Virus record (IMG/VR): IMGVR_UViG_3300027971_000043
Coordinates: 17,731 to 81,730 of that record
Origin: a virus
Reading direction: 5' to 3' (one strand)
Length of the DNA stretch: 64,000 bases
Shown: piece by piece, positions 19,121-29,442 of the stretch
How the letters are laid out: the number at the start of each line of letters is the position of its first letter
Position numbering within the stretch: position 1 is the stretch's first letter
Position numbers and translations under genes: made by a program
The notes under the pieces: model-generated
What the model saw: only the letters and a program-made list of their open reading frames with translations
The model's database searches: none
Told to the model about the DNA's origin: nothing

Positions 19121-20338
19121 TTACGCCATGTTGGGAATTTCACCCATTGCAAACGCTCTCATTTGGATCTGAGGTCGGCCAATGTTAGCTCCGTCCACCT
19201 CTCTTAGTTCTTCTTTCAAAAGATCCACAGCTTTTTCCTCGTAAACTTGGGCTTCAACAAGATTGTTATTTTCTTCTTTTTCAATGGCAATTGCCATCAT
19301 CTTGAGGGCGCCGAGGTTGGTGACGATAAGATCGTCATCGTCGCCTGTGACCGGAATAAACTTACGTTTGGCAAGTACCGTAACGGCAGACCCTTCCTCA
19401 TTTTCAAAGCCCGGAATTGCATAACGCCTATACTGGGGCAAAGTCTCGTCGGGCGCAAGTATGGCGATGCAGTATTCGGAACCCGTGGTCGGATCAACTG
19501 CATAGACACGGACCCAACCTTTCGTAGGGCTTTTGTTTATTGCATCGATGCTTCTGAAGGCATTAACTGTGGTGCGGGGGAGTTCTGTTAAAGTTAGTAC
19601 AGCTGGATTGTTGTAACCAACTTGCCACGGGTATGCGGAATTCAATGATGAGGAAGTCTCTACACTACTGTCGGGAGCTATAAATTGCCAGACAGACCCG
19701 TTATTTACTATAATCCACCCGTTAAGATTTCTGTAAGCGGGTTTTGAGTTTGCTGTGGTATAAAAAGCATAAACACCGTTAGCCACAACGGCTGCCCCAG
19801 CAAACCCAGAAACCAATACACTAGAATTCCCCGAACCGGCGCTCAAGTTCAAACGCTCGCCGTCGATGTAGGCTCCGTTTTCCTGCGTCTGGATTCGGTC
19901 GTTGTAAGTATCTGATCCGCGAAATAGAATGGTTGAGGTGGCGTCTTCAATAAGATCGGTGTAAACACGAATAAAACTTTGAGCCGCCAAAGACCTAAAG
20001 CAAGGAACATAGCCACGGTCGACTAACTGCCTCCAATCTCCGGGTTGAGCCATTCCCGGGCCATTGGCCATAAATTCATACCACTGGTTATAAACCTGTG
20101 CAGGAGCTCCCCCAAAGTTATATCCTAGGATTGATTCAAACTCGCGGGGAAGAGTGATGCACCCGCCGTAAACACAAACGGAATACCGTCCGTAAGTTCC
20201 CGCATAAAGTCCCTTATTGAGCAACCTTTCCTGAGCTTCGTTTACGCGAGCCAAAAGCTGGGGATTATCTGCGCACATTCCATTTTGGGTAACGCGGGCT
20301 AACTGTTGTTTTACCGATCCGTATGTTCTGCGGATCAT
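19121..20338 (-). CDS. putative head-tail adaptor / tail tubular A-like protein (405 aa)
   Basis: N-terminal ARVNEAQERL helix, ITLPREFESI, C-terminal helical pair. Confidence 0.55.
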   Translation of the reverse strand: MIRRTYGSVKQQLARVTQNGMCADNPQLLARVNEAQERLLNKGLYAGTYGRYSVCVYGGCITLPREFESILGYNFGGAPAQVYNQWYEFMANGPGMAQPGDWRQLVDRGYVPCFRSLAAQSFIRVYTDLIEDATSTILFRGSDTYNDRIQTQENGAYIDGERLNLSAGSGNSSVLVSGFAGAAVVANGVYAFYTTANSKPAYRNLNGWIIVNNGSVWQFIAPDSSVETSSSLNSAYPWQVGYNNPAVLTLTELPRTTVNAFRSIDAINKSPTKGWVRVYAVDPTTGSEYCIAILAPDETLPQYRRYAIPGFENEEGSAVTVLAKRKFIPVTGDDDDLIVTNLGALKMMAIAIEKEENNNLVEAQVYEEKAVDLLKEELREVDGANIGRPQIQMRAFAMGEIPNMA

Positions 20339-20757
20339 GAGTAGTTCCCTACGTAGACTTTATATTTGTATCCGTTGGGGGCGGTTGGAGTGGGCGGAGT
20401 TAAAAGTTCTTGCCCCGCCACGGTATAAGTGCTAGATCCCTCTCCCCACGGGGCAATAACATTTGATGTTGAATCTACGAGCACCATGTCGCCAAAATTA
20501 AATTGAGTAAACTCAAGCCACGATCCATTGACAAAAAGATTGACAGTCGAGGGCAAACCAGTTTGAGCATTGATCTTGAACCATAATTTATTTTGGTCAG
20601 AACCCGTTGGAGTGGAGGAACTAACAACGGCATAACGAAGTTCATCGGGATATTGAACTGAAAGATAAGAAGATAAAGTTGTTAGGAAGTCTCCAAAATT
20701 TCCGGGATAAGGAGTTCCGGCTGGCACACTACCGGAAGTAATCGTTATTTCGGCCAT
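20335..20757 (-). CDS. tail-associated structural protein (140 aa)
   Basis: Paralogous to the two ends of the 610-aa protein at 22785. Confidence 0.7.
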   Translation of the reverse strand: MAEITITSGSVPAGTPYPGNFGDFLTTLSSYLSVQYPDELRYAVVSSSTPTGSDQNKLWFKINAQTGLPSTVNLFVNGSWLEFTQFNFGDMVLVDSTSNVIAPWGEGSSTYTVAGQELLTPPTPTAPNGYKYKVYVGNYS

Positions 20758-20766
20758 AGATCCTTT

Positions 20767-20794
20767 AGATTAAAGGGTTGCATTTTTTTGTCAA
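20767..20794 (-). promoter_or_regulatory. promoter TTGACA-N16-TAATCT
   Basis: Near-consensus; 9 nt before ATG 20757. Confidence 0.6.
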
Positions 20795-22788
20795 GGGAGA
20801 GGTCCGTTTCGACTTCCTGACGTAACCGCACTTGTGGCAAAATTATAAGCAGAAGAAGAAGTTATCGAAACATCTGTTCTCAAATATGTTAACGACGCTA
20901 CACTTCCTCCATTTGAATAATAATATAATGCTCCGTTACTAGAGGGTTGACCGCTTGCATTTGCCCCCACCCCAAAACCAAAGAAAAAAATGGTGACGGG
21001 TAAAAATGGGGCGACATTCGGATTTACCAATGTTTCTCCAGCCTGTGTAAAAGTGCTGAGTCTGTAATTATTTCCGGAAGCATATGCTGTAAAACCATAA
21101 GAAAGCGGGGAGGCTACAAATGGAGCAAAAGGAGCTAAACCAGAAACAACACCATAATTCCCCCCGGGTTGAAGATTTACTCCAGATTTTGTAAACGTAT
21201 ACAATAAACTTCCGCTCATGTTGTAAAACTCAAATATAATGTCAGTTGGAGAAAAAAACTGACTGTATCTAGCAACTAACATGTATTGAGAAATTCCATT
21301 GTGATTATAAATACTAAAAGAAGTAAGATTGGTGAGGCCAGTTAAAAATGTTGAGGCAACTCCAGCATCAGTAATCTTCTTTATGGCAGAGTTGTCCATA
21401 AAATAAATAGAATTGTTTGTATCAAAAAGTAATGGACTTTGACCATTTTGCGCGTCATATGCTTGTTGATAATAAGCACCCCAAGAGGATCCATTCCATT
21501 TAGCAATCCTAAAAGTCGTATTATTATCAACATAAGAAGCATAAATTTTATTGTTAAAAGTTTCGATAACTCCACGGAGTTGAATTGTCCCGGGGTATGG
21601 GCCAAAAGACGAACCGAGCGTTCTTAAATATCTCGTTCCCCCTAAAAGATTCGAAACATATCTAACTTTGTTTTGGCCTTCATAATAATCGACAAAAAGA
21701 GTTCCGTATGTAGAAGATGGCGATACTTGGCCGCCCCCATTAAAAAGACCCGGATTAATTGTTAAAGTTATTGTTTTTGTGATGGTAGGACCTAACACAC
21801 TTACGGCGGATAGACCTATCGACATGATTCCGGTTTCGGGCCACCCCGAGTTAAGTGTACCGCTTATGAGCCCAGTAGAAGTATTTATCGATACTCCCGA
21901 AGGAAGATTTGTCGCGCCGTATGAAGAAGCTGCATTTGAGGTTCCACCACCCAAAGTAATCTGGTAAGAAAAAGCCCCACCATCGTCTCCAGTGGTATTT
22001 CCACTCGTTATAATTGGGGGTACATTAACAGTAACATTTAGAGTAGCAACTCCAGTAAAGTATTGATTAGAGGCCGATAATATAATATTAGTTGACTGTG
22101 CGACTGAGCCTGGTGGAGTCGCGGGAGTTCCAGAAATTATTCCTGTGCTTGTGTTAATACTTAACCCGGAAGGAATTGGGGAAGCTCCAAATAATGTTGG
22201 AGACTTGGAGGCTGTAATTGTGTAAGGAGTAATCGCAGAGCCAGCGGTAAATGCAAGCGGGGTCAAAGAACTCGTAATAACAGGACGTTGTTGAAGGGTG
22301 AAAATTAAATTTTGATTTCCAGTTCCAGCAGCATTTGTAGCACTTACGGTTGCTGTAACTGTGATAACGGCATCATTTGAAACGGATGTGGGTGTTCCAG
22401 TTATTAAACCGGTACCCGTATTAACAGATAGGCCCGTGGGTAAACTAGTTGCCCCGTAAGAGAGAATAGCGGTAGGAGAAGAAGCGGTGATTTGATACGA
22501 GAAGGCTGTAGCCATTTCATGCGTCACTGCGTCAACACTAGTAATAAAGGGCGTGGGAGGGGTATTGACAGTAAGGTCGAGAATAGCGGCGCTTGTTCCT
22601 CCAACCCCTCTGGCTAAAATGGTGATGGCAAATCGTCCGGCTTGTTGAAGTTCGCCTGAAATAACACCTTCTTGGTTTATAGACAATCCTTGAGGAAGAT
22701 TCTCAGCAGCAAAATAAATTGTATTCGACGCGGTTATAGTACGTGAATACACGCCACCAGCCGTTACTGTTTGATACACAATTGTCAT
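20791..22788 (-). CDS. putative-Ig (He_PIG) repeat protein with C-terminal beta-propeller-like region, candidate receptor-binding protein
   Basis: Four repeats of (F/Y)xYxITA..LPxGLS(I/V)NxxTG(L/I)I(S/T)GT. Confidence 0.8.
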   Translation of the reverse strand: MTIVYQTVTAGGVYSRTITASNTIYFAAENLPQGLSINQEGVISGELQQAGRFAITILARGVGGTSAAILDLTVNTPPTPFITSVDAVTHEMATAFSYQITASSPTAILSYGATSLPTGLSVNTGTGLITGTPTSVSNDAVITVTATVSATNAAGTGNQNLIFTLQQRPVITSSLTPLAFTAGSAITPYTITASKSPTLFGASPIPSGLSINTSTGIISGTPATPPGSVAQSTNIILSASNQYFTGVATLNVTVNVPPIITSGNTTGDDGGAFSYQITLGGGTSNAASSYGATNLPSGVSINTSTGLISGTLNSGWPETGIMSIGLSAVSVLGPTITKTITLTINPGLFNGGGQVSPSSTYGTLFVDYYEGQNKVRYVSNLLGGTRYLRTLGSSFGPYPGTIQLRGVIETFNNKIYASYVDNNTTFRIAKWNGSSWGAYYQQAYDAQNGQSPLLFDTNNSIYFMDNSAIKKITDAGVASTFLTGLTNLTSFSIYNHNGISQYMLVARYSQFFSPTDIIFEFYNMSGSLLYTFTKSGVNLQPGGNYGVVSGLAPFAPFVASPLSYGFTAYASGNNYRLSTFTQAGETLVNPNVAPFLPVTIFFFGFGVGANASGQPSSNGALYYYSNGGSVASLTYLRTDVSITSSSAYNFATSAVTSGSRNGPLP

Positions 22789-24617
22789 GGTGTTATTACT
22801 GGAAGATCGGGTTGAAGCATTCGAGCGCCGATATAGTACTTGTATTTAAATCCTACTGGAGGAGTTGGTAAGACTGGGACTGTAAAGTTTGCCTCTCCCC
22901 AGGGAGATAAATCATAAACTTTCCCGGACTCACCCCAGGGGAATGTAACATCTTCGTCGTCAGAAGTTATAATAATATCCCCCCGGTTCAGGGTAGAAAA
23001 CTCAAACCATGCCCCTGAAGAATATCGTCTAAGCGCTGGTGTTGCAAAATTTGTTGTCGGAACTGCGTCAAAAATTTGAATGTTCATTCCTTTGGTAGAG
23101 GTTCCGGATGAATTAGTTGCGCCGAGAAGAACAGGAAATATTCCGGAAACCGTTGGCGTTCCAGAAATAAGACCCGTGGACGAATTTAAACTAAGCCCAG
23201 TCGGAAGACCAGTAGCGGAATAAGAAATTACGGGAGCTGGAGAAGCCACAATTTGATACGAAAAAGCAGCATTTATAAAACCAGAAGAATAGTCGGAACT
23301 AGTAATTTCGGGGGACTCTTGAAGCAGTAATCCCTGGCGCGTTTGATGGTTACTTATTGAAACATCAAAAGCATTATCTATTGCTCCACTAGAAGTTAGT
23401 CTATACGCCTTTGCCGGGAACGTAACACCCGACACAAAACAAGCACCAGAATTTGAAACAGCTAAACTGTAGAGGGTGGCTCCATTGGCTGCAAAAGAAG
23501 TGGAAAAGGTACTATCGACAGAACCATTTGAATTTAAGCGGACTACTTTTATTCCGGGATTATTAAATTGACCGCATATGTATATTTTTCCATTTGATGC
23601 TTCAACAATATTTTCTATCTGAGAGGTTGTATTAACCGGTGAAAAAGAAGTATCTAGAGCTCCAGTAGGCAAAAGTCTTCGTAGCAACCCGGATACTTGT
23701 TGTGATGCAAATAAAATTTTCTGATCGCCCTGAATCCATAGACACGGGTTCCCAGAGAGAAAATCATTCGAATAAGGAGTGAAGGAAGTGTCTAAAGAGG
23801 CTGTTGACGTCAGACGACAAAATCCTATTCTATTAGCGGATAGGTTTACGCCTTTATAACGATCAAACAAACCTCCGATCAAAATGGATCCGTTTGATTG
23901 AATCCCCACGGTTGAAATCACTGCTTGGTTTCCGGCTATATTACTAACTCCGGTTGTAGAAACAAAAGTTGAATCTAGTGTTCCATCAGTATTAATTCTT
24001 ACTATGCACACGGCGGCGGTTGCATTGTAGGTGGCAAAATCTCCAAAAGCTATAATCTTCCCGTCCGGTTGAACTTGAAGCCCGCGAACAAAAGGGTAGG
24101 TTCCCCCAAAAACTCCAGCAGCAAAAGTTCCGTCTTGGCTCCCGTCGGAATTAATTCTATAAATAGTGTTTGCTCCGGAACTAGTATTCATAACTGCAAT
24201 ATAATATTTTCCGGAAGGTCCTAAGGCGAGACCACGTATAGAAGGATTAGTAATACTGATCCACGAAACTGAAAAAGTGTTGTCGAGTGCTCCGGTAGTT
24301 GGATTGTAAGCTCGGAGCATAGTGGCTGGAGAATAAGAGTCCGACACGACCAGAATTCTGGTGGCGGAAGTTCCTGACGGAGGCGGTGGAACTGGAAGTG
24401 GAGGTTCAGGAGCATCACCAGGCTGAGGCGTATGAATCCAAATTTTATCGTTGTCCTCTACCGAAGGAATAGTACCACCTGTGACATAAATATCCTCAAC
24501 GTCTGTTCTCTCTACATGAGCATTCAACGCTACGTGATCTACAGTATCCTGAACGGTACGAGGATAATCATCAAATCCGGGAGGATTAAAATAGACAGAA
24601 TACTCGCTCATCCGCAT
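22785..24617 (-). CDS. delta-60 repeat beta-propeller plus putative-Ig domain structural protein
   Basis: VQPDGKIIAFGDF, RINTDGTLDSTF, RLNSNGSVDSTF repeats; LPTGLSLNSSTGLISGTP. Confidence 0.8.
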   Translation of the reverse strand: MRMSEYSVYFNPPGFDDYPRTVQDTVDHVALNAHVERTDVEDIYVTGGTIPSVEDNDKIWIHTPQPGDAPEPPLPVPPPPSGTSATRILVVSDSYSPATMLRAYNPTTGALDNTFSVSWISITNPSIRGLALGPSGKYYIAVMNTSSGANTIYRINSDGSQDGTFAAGVFGGTYPFVRGLQVQPDGKIIAFGDFATYNATAAVCIVRINTDGTLDSTFVSTTGVSNIAGNQAVISTVGIQSNGSILIGGLFDRYKGVNLSANRIGFCRLTSTASLDTSFTPYSNDFLSGNPCLWIQGDQKILFASQQVSGLLRRLLPTGALDTSFSPVNTTSQIENIVEASNGKIYICGQFNNPGIKVVRLNSNGSVDSTFSTSFAANGATLYSLAVSNSGACFVSGVTFPAKAYRLTSSGAIDNAFDVSISNHQTRQGLLLQESPEITSSDYSSGFINAAFSYQIVASPAPVISYSATGLPTGLSLNSSTGLISGTPTVSGIFPVLLGATNSSGTSTKGMNIQIFDAVPTTNFATPALRRYSSGAWFEFSTLNRGDIIITSDDEDVTFPWGESGKVYDLSPWGEANFTVPVLPTPPVGFKYKYYIGARMLQPDLPVITP

Positions 24618-26569
24618 TCTCCCAAATCGCTGATGTCCTTGCGGGAAGCATGAAGTCTGAACAGCGCAAGCTTAGCCTGGCCCTCCCAATAAAGCTTGGC
24701 CTGGAACATATAACCAAAATTAGACAACCGATTTGTAAGGTCAAGACAAACAGATTCTGGCTTCACAGTTCGGACTGTCCTGAATCCATAAGGAAGGTCG
24801 GGTGGAGATTGTGTCGTTAGGACTGGAGTTTCCTGTTCGTTGGGTATCGTCTTCTCTTGAATTGAGTAAAATAGATTAACAAAGTCTGGACTATATTTCA
24901 AATTCCAAGTGACGTCTCCATATACATCTGTAAACCCAACGTCTGCCCGCATAAGAGTCTTGATGTCAAAGGGAGTTCCAAATGAAAAGCGTTTAGTTTC
25001 GACTGAACATTCAATAGGGGTTGTAACGACGCCAGCATTTCGGGAAGGTTTTATTTCGTCGGCATAATCTGCGAGGGTAACTTCATAGAGGCAATTTTTA
25101 CCATCTGAATCGCATGTAATTGCAAAACATCGTCTGGAATTGTCGAACGTTCCTTCCACTAGTTTGCAAATTTGAAAACCATTCCACTCTCCATCAAATA
25201 CAGGAACTGGAGCGTTAAGCACTGACCCTGCGTTAAAATCTTTGCTTACAATTTTAGAGAAAACAATGTTAAACCTTCCGGTGTAATTACCATTTGCATC
25301 AGTGATTCTTTGAATTTTTGGAGCTCCACCAAGAAGATATCGACTGTCAAACAAAGCCCCAGGAGCATAAGTTAGCCATCTTTCGGTATCAAAAGACATT
25401 ACCCTAGCCGCTTCCAAACTGTCGACAAAACTAACAACTCCGGCCGCATTTATAGTTTGGGCCAGAGATCTTATTCCTTCTAAAGATCTAAAATACACAT
25501 CTTTATCTGTAACAATAATTGATTCTTGGTTTTCTGATCCTCGACCAACAAATATCTTTCTTTGCATTCCTGGCGTAGTTTGCCAAGTTGTGCGATCGTA
25601 ATTAGTGGCTCGAATAGCGTAAATTGCGTTTTGTGTGAAAACAATAAGATCTCCTTGGCCAACAGAATTGTCTTGTCCAGGTAAGAACACAAGTCCAGTT
25701 ATATTCTCGTTAAAATAAAAACTTCCGCCACCAGTTAAATAAATTGTTTCAGTAAACTTAATTTCAGCATTCAAGCTTGAACCAACAAGATCTCCGGCAA
25801 AAAGGTTATTGTTATTAGCAACCCATAACCGACCATTGCCGTAAGCTACAAGTGAACCTACGGGTATTGAAATATTGTCGCGAACAATCCCTGGAGAATA
25901 AAAAAGAAGCGTGGTAACAATAGTTCTTGTTGCGTCTTTACTTAAAGTAATAGTAGAATTTTCAATATCAAAAGATGTTACAAAAGTTTCATCTTGTACG
26001 GCTCCGGAATTGGAGGCAACCAACATTCCAACTTCAATCCCAACCACATTGGGTACGGCAATGAGATTATTGTTTGCCCCCAAAACAGCATCGGTAATCG
26101 TCACTGCTGGACTGGCTAATTGTGTTTTCCCTTGGGACCTAAAAGAAGTAGCTCCGTCGTAAACAATAGCCGGAGAGGTTCCGTCCTGCGAAACCAGAAA
26201 AGCGTTTGCTTGCACCAAAGAAGATTTTTGAGATACAAAAGGACTTGCCTCACCAGGAGGAGAAATATCTCGAGCCTGTGTTGAGGCTTCTAACGGAGCG
26301 AGATCGTATAACTTGCCATTAATCAAAGCTACCAAATCCTGTGTATTCCGAATTCGATTTGTGAAGTAGCAAGCTCCCTGAACAACGCCAGGAGGAAGTA
26401 ACTTAATAAATTTAAAACCAGGGCGGGTCTTGGGAAAACCATCTCGGACGACAATATTTTCACCCCATGAGTATTGATTCTCTGAGATTAGGGCTGGGTC
26501 AACGGCAGAATTAGCTCCCCCCAGAAAGGACCCCATCCCCTCTGTTAACCTATTCTGGTCGGAAATCAT
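24608..26569 (-). CDS. putative tail nozzle / tubular protein B-like (653 aa)
   Basis: N-terminal FLGGANSAVDPALI..ENIVVRDGFPKTRPG typical of podoviral nozzle proteins; beta-rich. Confidence 0.65.
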   Translation of the reverse strand: MISDQNRLTEGMGSFLGGANSAVDPALISENQYSWGENIVVRDGFPKTRPGFKFIKLLPPGVVQGACYFTNRIRNTQDLVALINGKLYDLAPLEASTQARDISPPGEASPFVSQKSSLVQANAFLVSQDGTSPAIVYDGATSFRSQGKTQLASPAVTITDAVLGANNNLIAVPNVVGIEVGMLVASNSGAVQDETFVTSFDIENSTITLSKDATRTIVTTLLFYSPGIVRDNISIPVGSLVAYGNGRLWVANNNNLFAGDLVGSSLNAEIKFTETIYLTGGGSFYFNENITGLVFLPGQDNSVGQGDLIVFTQNAIYAIRATNYDRTTWQTTPGMQRKIFVGRGSENQESIIVTDKDVYFRSLEGIRSLAQTINAAGVVSFVDSLEAARVMSFDTERWLTYAPGALFDSRYLLGGAPKIQRITDANGNYTGRFNIVFSKIVSKDFNAGSVLNAPVPVFDGEWNGFQICKLVEGTFDNSRRCFAITCDSDGKNCLYEVTLADYADEIKPSRNAGVVTTPIECSVETKRFSFGTPFDIKTLMRADVGFTDVYGDVTWNLKYSPDFVNLFYSIQEKTIPNEQETPVLTTQSPPDLPYGFRTVRTVKPESVCLDLTNRLSNFGYMFQAKLYWEGQAKLALFRLHASRKDISDLGECG

Positions 26570-27474
26570 TAGACCGCCAGAATATAGGTTGAGACTATAA
26601 CGTTTAAATTAATGGATACTGAACTGTAGGCATTAGTGCTGTAGTTGTGAAAAAATACATTTACAGTATTTGTGGCAGAAACAACAGCTGAAATAGACAC
26701 GTCAGTTTCAAAGGTAGTTGCTGGATTTGTTGCGTATCCAATAGTCACAACATCACCCAAGGCTGCCCCAGTACAAGTTAGAGAAACACTTTGGACGGAA
26801 CCAATGGATCCGGCTAGGGTAACAGTAGCTGTAGGCGTAAAAAATAAAAGTTTGGTAAGCTCGGCTGCTGGAACTCCACTTCCAACACGGAGTCTAGCAC
26901 CTTTTACGTATCCAGAAGAAACTAATGTATTGCCCGTAACTTCCATGCTGCCGCCAACAGTTAAAGTTGATCCTCCGGCAGCAGGACTTACATTGATACC
27001 GACCTTATTCAAAACGGCATCGGCTTGGATTAGGGGAAGACTATTTGATCCGCTCACCCTAAAAGCTGGATTAACGGAGGTAAAAGACTGATTGATATCA
27101 ATCGAAGTTAGATTTGGGTCAATGTATCCTGCGACGGATGAGGGTGAGATTCTACGATTTGAAGAAACAGTTGAACCGGAAGCAACTAAATCTATATTGA
27201 CTAATTCTACCGTAATTGAAGTTGAAGATACAATAGCAATAACTTGATAGTACCCAGCCTGAGCAATATAAATATTTTGCCCTAAAGCGATCCAGGCAGA
27301 ATCACCAACAGAAATAGTTACATTTGATCCTACATTTGGTTGAGTAAAAGAAGCGGTAAGGGTTGTGAAAGCATTAATACCATTCGTACCGTTAGTGCCG
27401 TTGAACCCACCAAGACCCTGAGGTCCTTGAGGTCCGGCTTCTCCAATTACAAGTGTATTACAATCGCAGCTCAT
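26569..27474 (-). CDS. structural/fibre protein with short collagen-like stretch (301 aa)
   Basis: GEAGPQGPQGLGGFNGTNGTNG; C-terminal TGAALGD..VSATNTV domain. Confidence 0.7.
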   Translation of the reverse strand: MSCDCNTLVIGEAGPQGPQGLGGFNGTNGTNGINAFTTLTASFTQPNVGSNVTISVGDSAWIALGQNIYIAQAGYYQVIAIVSSTSITVELVNIDLVASGSTVSSNRRISPSSVAGYIDPNLTSIDINQSFTSVNPAFRVSGSNSLPLIQADAVLNKVGINVSPAAGGSTLTVGGSMEVTGNTLVSSGYVKGARLRVGSGVPAAELTKLLFFTPTATVTLAGSIGSVQSVSLTCTGAALGDVVTIGYATNPATTFETDVSISAVVSATNTVNVFFHNYSTNAYSSVSINLNVIVSTYILAV

Positions 27475-27484
27475 TTAGTCCTCC

Positions 27485-28402
27485 TTATGCGGTTTTGATA
27501 ATAGCTACTTTAAAGTTGTAAGCAGCCCCCGGGGCAATTATTCCGGATGTCGGATTGTGAGCCCTAACAGTTACCGTATTAGTAGCAGATACGAAAGCTT
27601 CAAAAATAAGCTTACCATTGGTAGTTCCGCGACCAGCCGTATCCAAGCAGGTGACAAAAACAACATCGGTGGTGGCTGCACCAGTAAGTGTAATTGTTAA
27701 ATCTACAAACCCTCCTGCGGTGATAGAACCGAAAGAAAGTGATGTAGAAGCACTAATCAAAGCAATCGGCAACGTTCCAGTGATATTGGGGAGAGTAACT
27801 GTTCGGGCGGCGGTGGCTGACCCATTGAGGGTGGTTCTAGTTGTAGAAACTCCAAATTCAATCGACCCAGTCCCACGGGTATTGATTGAACCACCTCCAG
27901 AGGAAGTATTGATCGACCCTCCGGGTTCAGTTCCGCTTCCATTAGTATAAATACTTCCTCCTGGCGCCGTAACTTCTTCTCCGTGCGTATCGATAACGCC
28001 GCCACCACTATCTTCCCCATAAGTATAGATATACCCACCAGCTCCTCCCGTGCCGGCAGAGGTATTGATGTTGCCGCCGCCATAACCAGAACCAGTACCC
28101 CTTGTATCTATGTACCCGCCCGCACCATCGCTTCCTGTTGTGTTGATGTACCCACCACTAGAACCGCCATCAGTTGCCGATGTGTCTATGTACCCACCTG
28201 CCTGACCTCCCTCGTCTCCGCTTGTTTTAATATACCCACCAGTTCCAGCTAGATTTCTTGTATCGATTGAACCGCCGAGTGGCAGAAGAAGAGGGTTTGG
28301 GATAAGTGCTGCGACAAGATTAGCGGGAGGAGGAGTAGTATTCGCCCCGGCTGTTCCGCAATCGCAATCTCGGGCGTAGTTGTCGGGATTAGGAAAACTC
28401 AT
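27485..28402 (-). CDS. Gly-rich repeat structural protein (305 aa)
   Basis: Eleven GGxIxT repeats plus C-terminal TGAA..VSATNTVTVRA domain. Confidence 0.75.
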   Translation of the reverse strand: MSFPNPDNYARDCDCGTAGANTTPPPANLVAALIPNPLLLPLGGSIDTRNLAGTGGYIKTSGDEGGQAGGYIDTSATDGGSSGGYINTTGSDGAGGYIDTRGTGSGYGGGNINTSAGTGGAGGYIYTYGEDSGGGVIDTHGEEVTAPGGSIYTNGSGTEPGGSINTSSGGGSINTRGTGSIEFGVSTTRTTLNGSATAARTVTLPNITGTLPIALISASTSLSFGSITAGGFVDLTITLTGAATTDVVFVTCLDTAGRGTTNGKLIFEAFVSATNTVTVRAHNPTSGIIAPGAAYNFKVAIIKTA

Positions 28403-28409
28403 CGCAAGT

Positions 28410-28437
28410 AGTATGGCAACTGGTTTTTGGGAGTCAA
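28410..28437 (-). promoter_or_regulatory. promoter TTGACT-N16-CATACT
   Basis: 7 nt before ATG 28402 (leaderless geometry). Confidence 0.6.
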
Positions 28438-28444
28438 TATGAGA

Positions 28445-29044
28445 CTATATGTTTACGAGTAGACATTCAGCGTATGCGTCTCCGCGGAATGTTGTAAAAG
28501 TAAACCCGCTTGTATCAGCTGAATAAGCAACCGAAACGCCCAGCGTTAATGACTCTCCAGTAAGTAGAGTTCTTCGACCCCCAGCCGGAGTGGAGGCAAA
28601 TCCAAAATGATCTGTGATGTTATAGGCAGAAAGAGGATTCTCGACTGTTCCTGAGGTAAAAGCGAAAGAATTAGTGACAGTAGTAGTTGTTCCGTTTCTG
28701 TAGCCCCGCAGAGTTGGGGCCTTCCAGTTATACCCAAGATAAGTTCCGCTAAGGGCCAATCCCGTTAATCTTATATACAAGTTTTTAACTATCACGTTCT
28801 TTCCGGCGGGAGTACTAAACGCTCCGCCGTCTGTCCCCGTAAAAAGGACAGAATTTACTCCTCCCGCTCCGATTACTGGGCTAAGTAAATTAAAATTTGT
28901 TACCCTCAAAGTAAAGGAACTAGTGGTTGGGTCGAATGGCGGGGTTATTGGCGAAGAAGAAGAAGCAGTAACAATTGTCGGCTCAACAACAGGACTTAAA
29001 ACATTTCTGTTGCGACCCGTTGTGTCCATATCAGACAGACTCAT
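28445..29044 (-). CDS. hypothetical beta-rich structural protein (199 aa)
   Basis: T/S/G-rich ORF, ATGA coupled. Confidence 0.65.
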   Translation of the reverse strand: MSLSDMDTTGRNRNVLSPVVEPTIVTASSSSPITPPFDPTTSSFTLRVTNFNLLSPVIGAGGVNSVLFTGTDGGAFSTPAGKNVIVKNLYIRLTGLALSGTYLGYNWKAPTLRGYRNGTTTTVTNSFAFTSGTVENPLSAYNITDHFGFASTPAGGRRTLLTGESLTLGVSVAYSADTSGFTFTTFRGDAYAECLLVNI

Positions 29045-29442
29045 TTATTCGAAACTCCTTTCAATGTATTCCAATTGTCGCGCCATTTACAGTTAAGTTC
29101 AAGATAAATCGACTTTGTACGTGGAAGTTTTTCCCTTGGTATAATAAACAACGCATCCAGAGTTGTGTGGTAAAATATAAAAATATCGCAGTCTACTTTA
29201 GAGTATAACCTTTTTTTCATGTGTCCAAAACCTGGACCTCTTATGGCGAAAAACTTTAATTTCCTGCGTCGACAATCTTCATTTCCAATAGTAGTTTTAA
29301 CCTGTACCCGCGCCATATTCCCCTTCCAATCCGTAACTAAATCATACCCGTCATCGTAAATGGGCATACTCACAAGAAAACCTTGTTCCATCAATTTAGT
29401 ACAAACCTTCTGTACTCCTATTGCTCCTAGTTTAATACTCAT
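29041..29442 (-). CDS. PD-(D/E)XK endonuclease (group I intron-associated type)
   Basis: GFLVSMPIYDDGYDLV..RVQVKT..YSKVDCDIFIFY; ATG at 29442. Confidence 0.8.
   Translation of the reverse strand: MSIKLGAIGVQKVCTKLMEQGFLVSMPIYDDGYDLVTDWKGNMARVQVKTTIGNEDCRRRKLKFFAIRGPGFGHMKKRLYSKVDCDIFIFYHTTLDALFIIPREKLPRTKSIYLELNCKWRDNWNTLKGVSNK

Noticed and set aside
27870-28280. DGR or DNA tandem repeat
   Set aside because: Repeats are at protein level with divergent codons; no reverse transcriptase in the window
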